Source: Macrostomum lignano
Lineage: Eukaryota
Length of the DNA: 64,000 nucleotides
Assembly (NCBI GenBank): GCA_002269645.1
Contig: NIVC01000862.1
Location: 362,219-426,218 of the forward strand
Reading direction: 5' to 3'
The translations under genes and the position numbers were made by a program. Of this stretch, positions 32,201 to 46,099 are shown one piece after another; position 1 is the first letter of the stretch; every line of letters starts with the position of its first letter. The notes below the pieces were generated by a model. That model made no database searches. It saw only the letters and a program-made list of their open reading frames with translations, and was not told the DNA's origin.

Positions 32201-35200
32201 CTTAGCTTTGGTTTATGATCATTAAAATACATGTAAATGATTATGAACCAATACATAGGAACCAATACATATAAATGATTTTGAACTAAAGCTAGCATAG
32301 CATCAAGATAGTAATTGATTTCTGATAGGCCTAATGCTTGTAAAACACCAAAAACCCCATTATATATATGCTAGCTTTGGTTTATGATTATTTACACATA
32401 TTGCTTCTGTTTAAATGATTGTAAACTGAAATGGACACTAGGCCTATATAGGACTGTCTTTCTATGGATTTGTTTTTGGATTTTTGGAACTATGAAATTG
32501 ATTTCTAAAACCTTTTTAGCTTTGGTTTTTTATTAGTAATGTAAAGTGATAGTGTTATGATGGATAAATAAAAAGGATTGGAGTGCTTGTTGATTGTTGG
32601 TTTGTATTTTGATAAAAAAAATAGTTTTGTCTTTTCCTTATCTCTTTAATAGGGATCTTTACTAATTTCAATGATTGTAAATAGAAGGAATACCATGTAG
32701 TAATAATATATGTAGCTATTTAGATATCATTTAATAGGGAAAATAAGTAGGCCTAGGTGTAGATGATAAAAATTAGATTAAAAATAGAATATCAAATTGC
32801 AAAACTAAAAATTTTGATAAGTACCAATTGGCACCCTGACTTCTAACCTAGCACCTAATTTTGAATAGTGTTGGATTAGCACATGATTAAGACTGCCATT
32901 TGCATATACTAAGACTACCATATAGCTATTATGGCATTCCTTCGGTTTACGATCATTGAAATTAGTGACGATCCCCATTGGAGAGATAGCCAGATAGGGA
33001 AGATACAAAATTGTTGTCTATTTCATCAAAATGCAAAAAAATCAGTAGACAAGCACTCCAATCCTTTTTATTTATCCATCATAACACTAGCTGCATGTTC
33101 AAATGAAAAAAGAAGGTAAAGGGGTTATAGTGATCCATTTCACAGTTCCAAGAATCCAAAGATGATCCTATATATCCACTTCAGTTTATGATCATTTAAA
33201 TGGAAAAGATACATATAAATGATCGTGAACCGAAGCTAGCGTATGTGTGTAAGGGGGTTTTGGTGTTTTACAAGCTCTATTTGAAATTGATCACTATCTC
33301 AATACATGGCTAGCTTTGGTTCACGATCATTTACATGTATTGCTTACATCTAAATGATCGTAAACTGAAGCTGAGGGGGGTGGCAGCGTGCAGAGAATAA
33401 TAAAGCATCAAGTTAATTGGGAGCGCACATTAACTCAAGATGACATTTCAATCGCCAACAAGCCAACAAATAAATATATGACTACATATGTCTTTGACAC
33501 CCCCCTTAGCTTCGGTTCACGATCATTTAAATGGAAAAAATACATGTAAATGATCGTGAACCGAAGCTAGCCATGTATTGAGATAGTGATCAATTTCAAA
33601 TAGAGCTTGTAAAACACCAAAACCCCCTTACACACATATGCTAGCTTCGGTTCACAATCATTTACATGTATTGCTTCCGTTTAAATGATCGTAAACCGAA
33701 GTGGATATATAGGATCCTTGTCATCGCCATGCCATGAAAAAAACCATTTATCGGCTATTCCGTTCAGTTTTTTTAATGTAACGAATAAGCTCAGTTTAAC
33801 AATTTTTGTTTATTTCAAGCAAGCTATGATCATTTATATGAAAAATTACATGGGGATCGTGAACCAAAATGTGGGTAGAAAAATGATTGTAAACTGAAGG
33901 AATGCCGCTTTTATTGGCTATTGGTATTGGAATTAAGAGAGAGTTACCTATCTTCTAGCATTGCTATTCTTCTCTCATAGGTTCCTTTTTTGCAACCTTG
34001 TCTTACTGGTTCTCCTAGGCCCACCTACAGTGACCTAGGGGGCCTACTCATCTTTTTTCTAGCACCATCTAATAGCACATTATGCTAAATTTCTCCTCTA
34101 TCTAGTTCCCCCAAGTGTGGCAGTCTTGGTCTTGATGAATTTTGATGAAAAAATCTAATTTGTTAGTCTCTGAATGATAGCAACAACTTGTTGATTTAAA
34201 GTAGTTGGCACTTGGCAGTGATAAATATGAGCCTTGTATGTAGGCCTAGCATTGTAAGCCTATAAAAACAGTTTTAAGGAGTTCATTTCAGACCTAAGAA
34301 ATGATTGCTAAATGATATATAATATCTATTCAAAGTAAAGCTGCACTTGTTCATAATCATGGCATATGACTAACCCTAACTATCTTGAGGACTTGAGCCA
34401 AATACCTAGAAATCAAGCTTATATCTCTAGCAATTGGTTAGTGCTTGAGCCACCTACAGTTTACATGCGCAAATGCTGGGGTGGCCTGGCCAATCTGGTC
34501 ATCATAAATGACAATGTAGCAATGTAGGTAGGACCTAGGCTAAATAGAATAGAAACTGGTTAGGTGGCCAAGCCTAACAAATTAATGTCTATTCTTAATA
34601 GTTGTATTAGGCCTATCGGATACGCCTGGCCCTAAATTTTTTTAATCAGACGGTCAAAAGCCCATGGACCATGGTCGTAGCATAGGTCTAACTCTAAAAT
34701 GTTTTAAATTTGCAATCGGCAATGCAATGCAATATCAATTCAAGTATGAGTATGACCCTGTTTTGAAAACATTACCTATTCAGGTAAATAGAACTGATGT
34801 GAAGCTGTGGAAAAGCAGGAAAAATATCACTCTGCCACCAGGCTACAGCTCACTATGCTTAATTTTAGTGAGGCCAAGTTAAGTACATCACGGACACGGG
34901 CATATACATAATGTTGAGAAAAAACGAAGAATTTAGTTCTACTGGCGAGTAAGCATTTATTTGAAAAATATAGAACGATTTTTATTAGTTAAAACAAAAA
35001 AGTTAAAGAATTCAATAATAAATTAAATAGAAAAACTATTTATATTTGTTTGTTTTTTAAAAGTAACGTTTTTCTTTGCCGGTTATAGGCGGCGTTGCAT
35101 CTCGAATTGACTAAGGATCCTATTATACTAAAAATTATGTTCTAGACTTTAATCGCGGACTACTCAAGTTGAGTTACCTCAAGTTAAGTTTACTAAAATA

Positions 35201-36289
35201 GCTTCCCATCCTTTTACTTTACTTGACTTTACTAACTATACTTTTGCTCAACTTGAATATGATGGAAGTCTTAGATTCTTACGAAACTTTTTGGACGAGA
35301 AACGTTTTTTTTAAACTTGCTGGTTTGCATGGTTGGCAGGAGAAATACACTGCCGAGATAAAAAATTCGTTTTTATCATTGCAAAGTATTGCTGCAAGCG
35401 CATCTAAAGAAAGCTGGTCAATATCTAAAATATGCGGATTCAATATATAAAATAAAGTTTTCTGTTTTACTTAAAAGCCCGCCTTGCCAAAGTTGATGAA
35501 GCATGTACGAGATATTCATTTATTAATTACTCTTACCGACGAAGCCATTGCAACTAATGATGTTGTAAACCAATAACTCATGAACGGAGGCTAATTCACA
35601 AAAATTAACAATAGAACAAAAAGCTCCATGTATTTGCGTATGTTTACCAAACACAAAAAAACACGGAAAACAAACACCAGCTGAAACACTTCACAAACAC
35701 AGTTGATTAAATGTCTGTTTTTGCGCTTTATTTTTATTTTGCTTTTATAAAGACGTAAGGGGTGTATTGTTACAAATAGAAACAACTAAGAAGTCATTGT
35801 AAACTAATTAAAAACTCCCTAAGCACATATCAGGATATGCCTTACGTATAATAGCATAAGATAAAGGTTACCATTGAGTTATATTATTCCAGAATCGTGT
35901 TACTTTTACAAACAAATTAAAGTCGTAAATTATGTAAAATCGTACAGACAATATAACAAAGACATCGTACCGGACTAAAGAAAAGCATGCAATGGTTAAA
36001 CATAGAAATTCAATCATTATCATGCCGTGACTATATAGTCTATATACAATTACAAACTCAATAAAACTATTAATAACTAAAAATCGAAATTAACCGACAA
36101 CAGCAGAAATCGACGCAACAAAACGCATTAGAGCCCATTTTTTATATGAGGGACTACGGAATTAACTGCTTTCGAATGTAGCACACGCCTTTTTTCAATA
36201 TTAGACTTATAATTCACTATTAGAATTATAATTTTTATTTTGGGCATAATTTACAAAACAACAATTGTACAAGACCTAAAAACGTTTTC

Positions 36290-36867
36290 TCACATAAACA
36301 TGCTAGGATCAAATGGATATCTGGGATCCATCGGAGGAAAGAATGGCGATTGCGGTGGCGGCGGCTGCCTAGGCGGTTGCTGCTGCTGTTGTTGTTGATG
36401 ATGCTGAGCGGCTATGGCAGCTGCGTATAACTGCTGCAACTGCGCCACCTCGTGCGGATGCATGTTTTGCAACGGGTGAGGAGGACCTCCGGCTGGGTGC
36501 GACGGTGGCTGCTGCTGCTGCTGCTGCTGCGGATGTGGCGGATGCTGCGGAAGCCTTGGCGGCAGGAAGCTGTGCGGATCAAGGCCGATAGAGGCGCCGC
36601 TGAATACGCTGTGCGGCGGCGGCGGTAACGGAGGCTGCGACATTGATGAAGCGAAGCTGACCTGGTGTTGAGCTTGCAGCATTGCAACCATCTCGGCGGC
36701 CGACACAGGGAGGGTTGGAGGAGGCGGCGGCGGTTGGTGATGCGGCGGAGGCGGCAGGTGATGTTGCTGCGGCGGTCTCATATAGCCGCCGCCGCTAGTC
36801 CGGAACATCTGTTCAACCATGCGAGCACGCTCCAGAGCGGCAATGTGCTGCTGCTGCTGCTGCTGCT

Positions 36868-36911
<44 letters not shown>

Positions 36912-39900
36912 ATCTTTCGGTACTCTGCATCAGCGGCAGACGACGACGTGGCAGCAGATGTCGGTACAGGCGATTGAGTGTGCTGCTGCGACTGCTGTCT
37001 TTTAGCTTTCTGCTGGTTAGCAACCAGCACTTCGGCGTACTTGCTCTTGCGCATTGGCGCAAACTGTAAATCGGTCCTAGCGCAAGAGTTGGCGCCGCCG
37101 CTGCGTATCCAGACGCGTTGCATGCTACAGTTGGGACTGTTGAATACATTCGGCAGTTGGCAGGGCACCGGCGGCGGACTGCACACTACCGGAGGCTGTG
37201 TTAGCGTCGCCTGCGGAGGCGGCGGCGACTTCAATGAACCAGCGGCTGCAGCGCCAGAGGCGTTGCTGCTGGACACCGCAGCAGCTGCCGTACTAGTAGT
37301 AGTAGTTGCTGTTGTCAGCTTCGCCAAGACTGCGGACGACTGAACAGTGGATGCGGTCGCCACTGTCGAAGCTTCAACATCGGTAGAAGCAGCAGGGCCA
37401 GGAGCAGAAGACTTCACCTCGCTGCAGCTGCCGCTGCTGCTTGAGCTTCTCCTACCGTCATCCTCCTCTTCCTCGTCCTCCGTCGAGTCGTCTCCCGACG
37501 TGTCGTCTTCGTCTTCGTCCTCGTCGTCCGATCGACCGCACGGTCGGTCCTCGCCGTACTTCTGATAGAACAGCCGGCACTCCGGGCACAGCGGGTCCCT
37601 GGCGCCGCCGCTGCCAGCAACAGCCGAGCCAGCCGCCTCTTCAAGCGACCGGTCGCAATTGCGACAATTCGCCGGAACCGTCGTTAAACAGCTGTTATCA
37701 TCGTCGCCGACGCCAGCCGCTGCCGCTCCCGAAGCAGCACCGCCGCCCCCGCTGCCATCCTCCAGCATCGTGGCGTCATCGTCTTTGTTCGATGCGCAAC
37801 TACGCGACGAACAACTCGGAGCTGGCGAATTGCAGCCGCCATTGCTGGCTGCCGTAGCGGCCGCCGCCGCCGAAATGGTCGACGAAGAGGCCGCGCCAAC
37901 AGCCGCAGCTGAAGCGGCGGCAGCGGCAGCGGCGTTCGCCGACGAACTGTTGGTGTTATTAGCCCGCCGAACCGAGCGGACACTCGGAGGACAAGAGGAC
38001 GACTTCTTCCACAGATAATAGAACTCCACCAGCTGGCTCACCCGCCTCTCCGGGAACAGTTCGCGTCGGATTCGAAAGAAATTTTTGCCGTATTGACGAA
38101 TTCCTTTTTGAAATTTGCGAACGCACTCGTGCGTCCAACCGGTGGGCCCGGCGGACTCGCCGAGCTGGGGATTGCGGACTAGCACCTGGGGGATTAGTAG
38201 GATATTTTGGGATTTAGTTTTATATATGGGGACTCGCATTTAAGTCTTTGCAGGGCAAGCAGACCCGTATTTTGACTCGATTTCTCCCAACTGTCTTGTT
38301 CATACATTTTTTCGAGATCCCAACTCGCCCGAACAACACCTGTATGCGACCTCCCCAAGATCCCAATTCTCCATAGCAACACCCCTATCCACCTTCCCCA
38401 AGATCCCAAATTGCCCTAGCAACACCCGTATCCATCTTCCCCCAAGATTCCAATTCTCCCTAGCTACATCCGTATCCACCTTCCTTAAGATCCCAATTCT
38501 CCCAAGCAACACCCGTATCCATCTTCCCCAAGATCCCAAATCGCCCTAGCAACACCCGTATCCGACCTCCCCAAGATCCCAATTTTCCATAGCAACACCC
38601 GTATCCACCTTCCCCAAGATCCCAAATCGCCCTAGCAACACCCGTATCACCTTCCTTAAGATCCCAATTCTCCCAAGCAACACCCGTATCCATCTTCCCC
38701 AAGATCCCAATTCTCCCTAGCAACACCCGTATTCATCTTCCCCAAGATCCCAAATCGCCCTAGCAACACCCGTATCCGACCTCCCCAAGATCCCAATTTT
38801 CCATAGCAACACCCGTATCCACCTTCCCCAAGATCCCAAATCGCCCTAGCAACACCCGTATCACCTTCCTTAAGATCCCAATTCTCCCAGAAACCAACAC
38901 GCTGAGCTAGCAAACCTTCAGGGCCAGTCGAACATCATAGTCCAGATCGTGCAGCACGTCCATCGCCAGCTGGGCAGTTCTGTCCATATCAGCCGAGGTT
39001 TGGCCCTCCTGCGCGCTGCCCAGATCGCAGAAGCCGGAGAAGGCGGCCAGAGATCTGGCTGCTTTCACGTACATGCTGAGCTCCTCATCGTCTAACTGGT
39101 CGGGCAGCCAGCGCTGTGTCTCCCAGACTCGACCGGTCTCGTCAGCGATGGCGTGCATGTGCGGCAGCTGTGTGAGTTGGAATGAGAGAGATATAGAGTG
39201 AAAATGGGTAGGGGGAGATAGAGGTAGATGAAGACAGGGGTAGAGGAGCATGAGGTAGAGGTAGACAGGGGTAGAGGAGCATGAGGTAGAGGAAGACAGG
39301 GGTAGAGGAGCATGAGGTAGAGGAAGACAGGGGTAGAGGAGCATGGGGTAGAGGAAGACAGGGGTAGAGGAGCATGGGGTAGAGGAAGACAGGGGTAGAG
39401 GAGCATGAGGTAGAGGTAGACAGAGGTGGATGAGTATGAGGTAGATGACGACAGGGGTAGATGAGCATGAGGTAGAGGTAGATAGTGGTAGAGGAGCATG
39501 GGGTAGAGGAAGACAGGGGTAGAGGAAGACAGGGGTAGAGGAGCATGAGGTAGAGGAAGACAGGGGTAGAGGAGCATGGGGTAAAGGTAGACAGGGGTAG
39601 AGGAGCATGAGGTAGAGGTAGACAGGGATAGAGGAGCATGAAGTAGAGGTAGACAGGGGTAGAGGAGCATGAGGGAGAGGTAGATAGGGGTAGAGGAGCA
39701 TGAGGTAGACGAATACAGGGGTAGAGGAGCATGGGGTAGAGGTAGATAGGGGTAGAAGCCTATGAGGTAGAGGAAGATAGGGACCAAGAGGTTGAACCAA
39801 AGAATTAGCTTAAGAAAATAATAGCTCCAGACACGAGCAGCCTCACCTCAGACTGGTAGTCAGGCAGCTCAGCCTGATAGGAGGGTCCGACATGAATCTC

Positions 39901-40485
39901 AGCTTTAGTAGATGACAGCCTCCGTGTCTCGGGATTGTAAGTGAAAATGTAAAAGAAAGTGTCCGGCTCCAGCTTGAAGTTGGTCACAGCTGAGCGCAAA
40001 TCCGGATAGTGGATCACTGAGCACTTGCCTCGGAGCCAAGCGGTTGGAAAGGCTTCAGACACGTCGCTAATGAACAGCTCTCTAAATTTGATCTCTCGAT
40101 TAGGGAATAGGTCGTCTCGGCAGCCGGTGAAACCTTCGGACTCGCGGTCTCGAAGCGCCTGATAGCTGGCATCCGGGACATCGTGAAGTCTGTAGTAAGT
40201 TCTCACGTGAACATTGGTTGTGTCTCGCCTAGTGATGCGAAACTCTTCGATAATGCTAATCAAATAGGGCTCGTTGCCGCCTCGATTGACATCTTCAATG
40301 TAGCAGCACTCGCCGGCCGTGTACTCAACTCCAGCAACTTTGTAGGTTTCAATTTTATCCTCGGAGCCGCGTTCCAACTTGCCTTTGCCTCGATTGCTCC
40401 TGCGGACATCTTTGCTGCTGGCACTGTTGCTATTAGCAGGCGCTGCCGCTGTCCCTGAAGATGCAGCAGCCTCTTCTGTCTCCAT
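36290..40485 (-). CDS. RERE: RERE/atrophin family corepressor (BAH-ELM2-SANT-GATA-like ZnF-atrophin), ~928 aa
   Basis: Exon 40490-39847 (ATG 40485; BAH ..[30 protein letters not shown], then [13 protein letters not shown]), exon 39167-38916 (ELM2) and exon 38185-36290 ([43 protein letters not shown]; [17 protein letters not shown]; atrophin motif [15 protein letters not shown]; polyQ/polyP). Upstream 5' exon(s) not identified. Confidence 0.92.
38320..38890. repeat. ~42-43-bp minisatellite in a RERE intron
   Basis: AAGATCCCAATTCTCCCTAGCAACACCCGTATCCATCTTCCCC-like units. Confidence 0.9.
39195..39780. repeat. 31-bp purine-rich minisatellite in a RERE intron
   Basis: GGTAGAGGAAGACAGGGGTAGAGGAGCATGA-like units. 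Confidence 0.9.
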
Positions 40486-40708
40486 AAGCACTGCAAGTTT
40501 TTTTGTAGAAGTACAGATTTCTAAACATGGGCAATTTCTACTTATTCCACTGACTCATGAGTAGCTACATACAAGATTGCCAATACTGTACACAGACACA
40601 CTTTCATGGCCATGTACAAAATCAAATCAAATAATTATGGGAGTCACACACATTTGCTGCCAAGCAGGTCGTCTACCTTCTTATTTTTTTCCATGCTAGA
40701 ATAATGTT

Positions 40709-40934
40709 TTTTTTATTAGAGGCAGGGGGGTTGTGTGCACCCTGGCGCACTTTAAGCGACATAGGCACACAACCGGCGAGAGGCATTACTGCCCATTCCG
40801 CCAACTCCCCTGAGCAGGCATACAAGCGCGCGGATACGTTACGCAGGCACACACTCACACAGGAGTGTACAGCAGCCCTAACTTTATCAATTGTTAGGCA
40901 TGTACACTTTACTGCACCTTGGGGGGTTGGCTCT
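40709..40934 (-). mobile_element. Short retroposed insertion (5'-truncated LINE 3' end or SINE)
   Basis: 12-bp TSD TAGAATAATGTT (40697-40708, 40935-40946); on the minus strand it ends ...CTCTAATAAAAAAAA. Confidence 0.7.
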
Positions 40935-43043
40935 TAGAATAATGTTACGAGTATTTTGAGCATTTATAAAGAAGAAGTCTACCAAGATCTCATTTCAATT
41001 GTAAAATATATATTATATTCAACAAATTTTTATGTAATGCTTCTACTAATGCTAATATAACTTTCAAAATAAGACTATTTTACTTATATTCCTTCAAAAT
41101 AGTTTTGCTAATTAACATATTAGGACTAACATTTTGATGTACCAAAATAAAACTAAAAGTCTAGCTTCTGATATAAATCACAATAAGTTGATCTTAAGTT
41201 TTATTGAAGGTTTCTTAATTTAAACTAATGCTGAGCATGCTGTTTTTGTATTGGCTTAAAAATCTTGGAGATGATAAACTTAAATTATGCACATGTGGCA
41301 ATCCAATACTTTTATTTTCTTTGATAAATGCTTTGACAAGCATTTTCAACAAAACAGATTCAAATACAAGTTTTGCCAGTATTTTTCAAACAAAAAATAT
41401 TGTTTTTTGTGTTCTTGCATTTTTTACAAAAAAAGTTCCAGCACCCAGTGTAAGCAAAATTTTTGATAAGAATAGTTCTAGTGCACAGTGCAATCAAACT
41501 TTTTTGATAGGATTTGTTCCAGTATAGGTGTGCCATGATCCTGACTATAGCTCACCTCAACAAAAACCCTATTGGAATAAGTGGTATTTTCGCGGACGGC
41601 GTCCGGCGCACTTTTTCTTTTTCCTCATAGTCATGGCGCATGGCGCGCTACGCGCGCCATGCGCCATGACGCACAGCAGCTCACAGGTAAGATGCAAGGA
41701 GGACATCACGCGCTACATACAGCGCTGCTGAACAAGGATGAGAAGCATGCACAGGAGAAAGTCAGCAGCACGGTGGAAATTCAGCAAACTGTAAGTAAAA
41801 CTTGTTTTTCTAATTTCTATAACTTTGATAATATTGCTATGGGCTATAGTATAGCATATCTCCTATCATATGTATTGATTGTTGTGTCATCTAGAATATG
41901 CATGCAAGTTAATCGTAAAATTGGAAATTGTAGTTGAAAGATCGTAGCAGAAATGTTCTTTATTGCCTCATAAACATTATAACATAGTGCCAAATGCTAA
42001 TTGCTCTTAATGTTCTCTTATAACGCAGTTGCAAGAAATAAAAAAGTAAACTAAATTCTATTAAAAGTCTCAACAAATTTTCTGCTTTGTTTAATTATCT
42101 TTTGGATTGGTTGCGCGTACATTTATTTATGCTGACATTTAAATGTGAAAATATTCTTCGAAACACCATGCTAAATAGTTATCAGATTTGATAACCCGAC
42201 CCGAGCCAAAGTGCTACAACTACTACTGAAAAAGTGTGTGGATAAGGCAAAGACAATTTTCTCTCAATCTCTTTAAATCTCTCAAAAACGAGTGATGCAT
42301 CATCAGAATGAACATGATAGAGACTGGAGTCATGCACAATATCACCTAAACCTAGAGTGCTATGGCACCCTAGGATTTGAAGATTTGAATGACACATCGT
42401 CCATACCACCTTAGGATTTGAAGATTGTCATGACGCACCGTCCAGGCCACTTTATGATTGCCATGGCGCACTAGATGCACTGTCCACAGTGTCTGAAAAC
42501 TTATTCCAATAGGGAACAAAAACGCCTACATGTCTAGCATCTACATATTTGTTAGTGTTTGTAACTTTGTTCAGAAATTCAAAGAATTGAGAATAAATTT
42601 AAAGTCAAGATAACTTACTAAACAAAACAAATGTAGTATTGCTATATATTTTTTTTGCTAATAATATTGCTTTTTACAAAAACAGGACCAGGTATTGGAA
42701 TAAAGTTTAGAATTAGGCCTAGGATATTGATCATACTTAAATTTGGGTATTAGAGTTTGAGGTATTAGGTGATACTTATTTTAGAAAAGTAGGCCTATTG
42801 AAACATTGCTATCTATCCCTACTTTTTATTGAGTAGGTCTACAATGCCAATTCCAATAGGCCAATATTCCAATATTCCAAATAGGTATATTAAAGTATAA
42901 CTATAAGCAAATTTTAGGCTATCATGTATCACTAACTAAAAGACAACTAAAGGGACTTAAGCCCCCTGGTTGCACTTGCCCTGCAGGAAAGATGACCATT
43001 CACAAAAGTGTATAGTAGAGCCCAATTGATGCCAACCCTGAGG

Positions 43044-43938
43044 TAGGGATTCCAATCCCAGGATCCCGGGATCCCAGGATCCCGGGATTGGGGCCAAAAA
43101 TCCGGGATTTGAATCCCGGGATTTTTTTGGGAATCGAATCCCAGGATTTTTAATCCCGGGATTGCAAAAGTCTGGGATCAGGATCTTGGGATTTCAAGGC
43201 CTTAATCCTAGGATTGGTCTGGGATTAGAACAACCTTTCAATGCCTAAATTAGATAATTTAAAGTCTAAACGTTTATTTGAATAATAAATCATTTATTTG
43301 TTTTTGCTGTTTCTCAATGAAACGTTAAACATTTGCAAAGCTCCTGTCCTAATTGAGCCAAAAATTGTTAATGTGAACTGTAAATGATAGATAATTTTAA
43401 CTTTTTTTCGTTTTCCACCATGAGACAAGACTGAGGGCCTTTTCATATTGCTTGTTCTGGTTCTAGAACCAGAACCAATTTGTGAAGTATAACTTTTTGT
43501 CTCCATAACTAGAGGGAGATACGTGCTATAAAGTTTTTATTATTGAATGACAATTGCCAAGAAGGAAGTGAAAAATCGTGCAAAGTGAGGCTGTTAAGGC
43601 AGTCAAATATTAACAGAGTTTAATAGTTATACTGCTGTTTTTCTTGGAATTCCAAACCGATTCTGGTTCTGGAATTGGTAATATAAAAAGGCCCTAAGAC
43701 TCTAAGAGTCGCGAGACCATGACTACTGCACGCGGCATGCCGCACAGTCTGTCTTAGGGATCCCGGGATTGGGGCCAAAAATCTGGGATTTGAATCCTGG
43801 GATTTTTTTGGGAATCAAATCCCGGGATTGCAAAAGCACCAGGATTCCGGGATTTTGAATCCTGGGATTTCAACAGCATCGGGATTTTGGGACTATTCAA
43901 TCCCGGGATTGTAAAATGTCGGGATTTTGGAATCCCTA
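43044..43938. mobile_element. Non-autonomous hAT element
   Basis: Perfect 12-bp TIR TAGGGATTCCAA; 8-bp TSD CCCTGAGG (43036-43043, 43939-43946); many ATCCCGGGAT subterminal repeats at both ends. Confidence 0.9.
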
Positions 43939-46099
43939 CCCTGAGGCTAAGCCCCAGAGATCATGTGATCCTCCTCTATAGGCCTAGCCACTGCAACTTC
44001 TTTGTGTTTTTATCCTTTGCTTTTATTTAGTTTTATTTGGCATTTGAGTTGCCCAATACTAGCAGTTGATAGATTTTGCCTTTGTGATTCTATCTGCTCC
44101 CTTGGTCTATTTGTTGGCTCCTCTAGCTGTCTCCCTGCTTTTGTGTCTTTCGCTCTAATCTCTAAAAATAATGATGACTTAGGTCTTTCTGCTCTTGGAC
44201 CACTTTCCAATATTTTTCCAAAGTTTTTTTAAACTCCAAATTGTTTTTTTGTACACACTTGGGTTTTGTTGCTGGGTGTGGCTTGGGTGGATCAGTCCTT
44301 GCACTGTCCTTGATTACACTATGGGTTGGCAGTGTCTTAGTCTATAGGCTCTACACTCTGGATCATGTAGTATATGCCTGAAAATTTGGGCGTGCATTGG
44401 CCTTGCATGCCAAAATTAGGTGTGCACAGTTGGCGTGCATTACTCCTAAGAAGAGAGTATGCGTGCACACCTGGCATGCACTTTATGGAATCACGTGTAA
44501 GAGTAATTGTGAAGTAGAAAAAAAATGAATAAGTTCATTTTTAAGTCCAAATTTCAAGCTTTCCTGTTTTTTTAGCTTGTAAAAGAGCATTTAAACAAAT
44601 TTTTGCATGTATTAACTTTTTGCCATAAAATAGTATCGCCGAAAAAGCATAAAAAGCAACCAAATTATCTGGTAATAAGGGTCTATTACACAATTTGAAA
44701 GAATTACTTTATTGTCACAATGTAAAAAAAGTCATTTATTGTTGCAACACCAGCATATTTTAGAGAATCGGCATGCACTACATTTTTTCTGGCATGCATT
44801 TGTAATTATTCAATTTTTGTTTGGGCATGTACCCAGCATGATCCGGACTATGGCATAGGCTTAGCTTAGGTTAATACAATAGGCAGTAGCATAGCATCCA
44901 ATAAGGCTCCCCCAGGGTGACCAGGCCTTAAGTCCTGGTCTCAATCTGGGCCTCTCAGGCTTCAGCCCCTGGTAGTATGGCCCTATACCTAACTAAGTGG
45001 CAGATCCCTTCTCTGGGCTGATATGTGGGTTGCCCCAGGTTCCCTCTTTGTTTAACAACTGTTAAACATTGTTAATTATTTAATAATTGGATAAGACAGA
45101 AAGGCTTAAAACCATATTGAAATTGAAATGAACATACATGGAAAATTTGACTTAGGCCTAATGAGTGGAGCCTAGAGGTTTTACAAAGGCAAAGTTTTAG
45201 GCCTATATAGCATATTGTAGAAATATTCACTGAAGAGAAATAAATTTTCACAGACTATTTAGCTCCCCAAAGCGGTTGATTAAACTGGGAAAAAGCGAAT
45301 AGGCCATAAAATTCTGTTTTTCCTGTCAACGTCCGGACTTCGCGGCCTCAGAGCTGGCTGCAAAATCGCTATGGCTAGCTTAATATACTTTTACATAAAT
45401 ACTCAAAGAGAGTAATTGGTTTTACTTTCGTAGAAAGAAAAAGAAAATTATTTTACGGTAGCACAAATTATAACCAACCTAATTCCGACATGTAAGGCAG
45501 ACTTGCGTAAATTTTTTTAATATATAAACGCAAGTTTATTTTATCAATTTATTCATTTTCAATAACATTTACCATTATAGTAGCCGCCAACTGAAAAAAA
45601 CCTGTCATTGGAATCCAATAAAGAATATTTTTATTGGAATCCAGTCGGAACCACAGCAAGGACTACTTAAGTACTATCTACTAGTGGTCCTTGAACCACA
45701 GATTGTAAAATAATAAAATAAAAAAGTACACAAGAGACGAAAATAGATCGCAAAAAATAAATAACCACAGATAGTAAGAATAGTAAAATATTCTAGTATC
45801 TGTGGTCAAAACTGTGGTTAATTCAGGAAATCTATTTGGGGTAATCGTTTTGTAAAATTTCTCTATGGATCGTGTTGAGCAGCTTTCGCCATATTGAATT
45901 GAAGGGCGATAATGCGTTGTTTCTCAAGATTAGTCGAGCGAGAGCTCTTTCCTTTCGGGATGGAAATTTAATTTTTGAGGTGCACCAGAGCAAAGGTGTG
46001 CAGTGCGCGCATTCAGGAATTTTATTCCAAGACAGTTGTTTTTTAACACGTTCATACATGTACGTTTTATCGTACAGACGTGATAAAGTTCAGCTTTGA

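Larger units (their letters stand above)
25082..34307. other. 4.5-kb direct duplication (25082-29609 and 29785-34307) around a 175-N gap (29610-29784)
   Basis: The copies are near-identical and differ by scattered 1-bp indels/substitutions. The duplication ends coincide exactly with the gap edges. Confidence 0.95.

Noticed and set aside
38194-39800. Long Pro/Leu/Ser-rich ORF extensions around the RERE ELM2 exon
   Set aside because: Minisatellite translations; splice sites delimit the real exon to 39167-38916
41630-41670. Helitron 3' end
   Set aside because: Hairpin is not followed by CTRR on either strand
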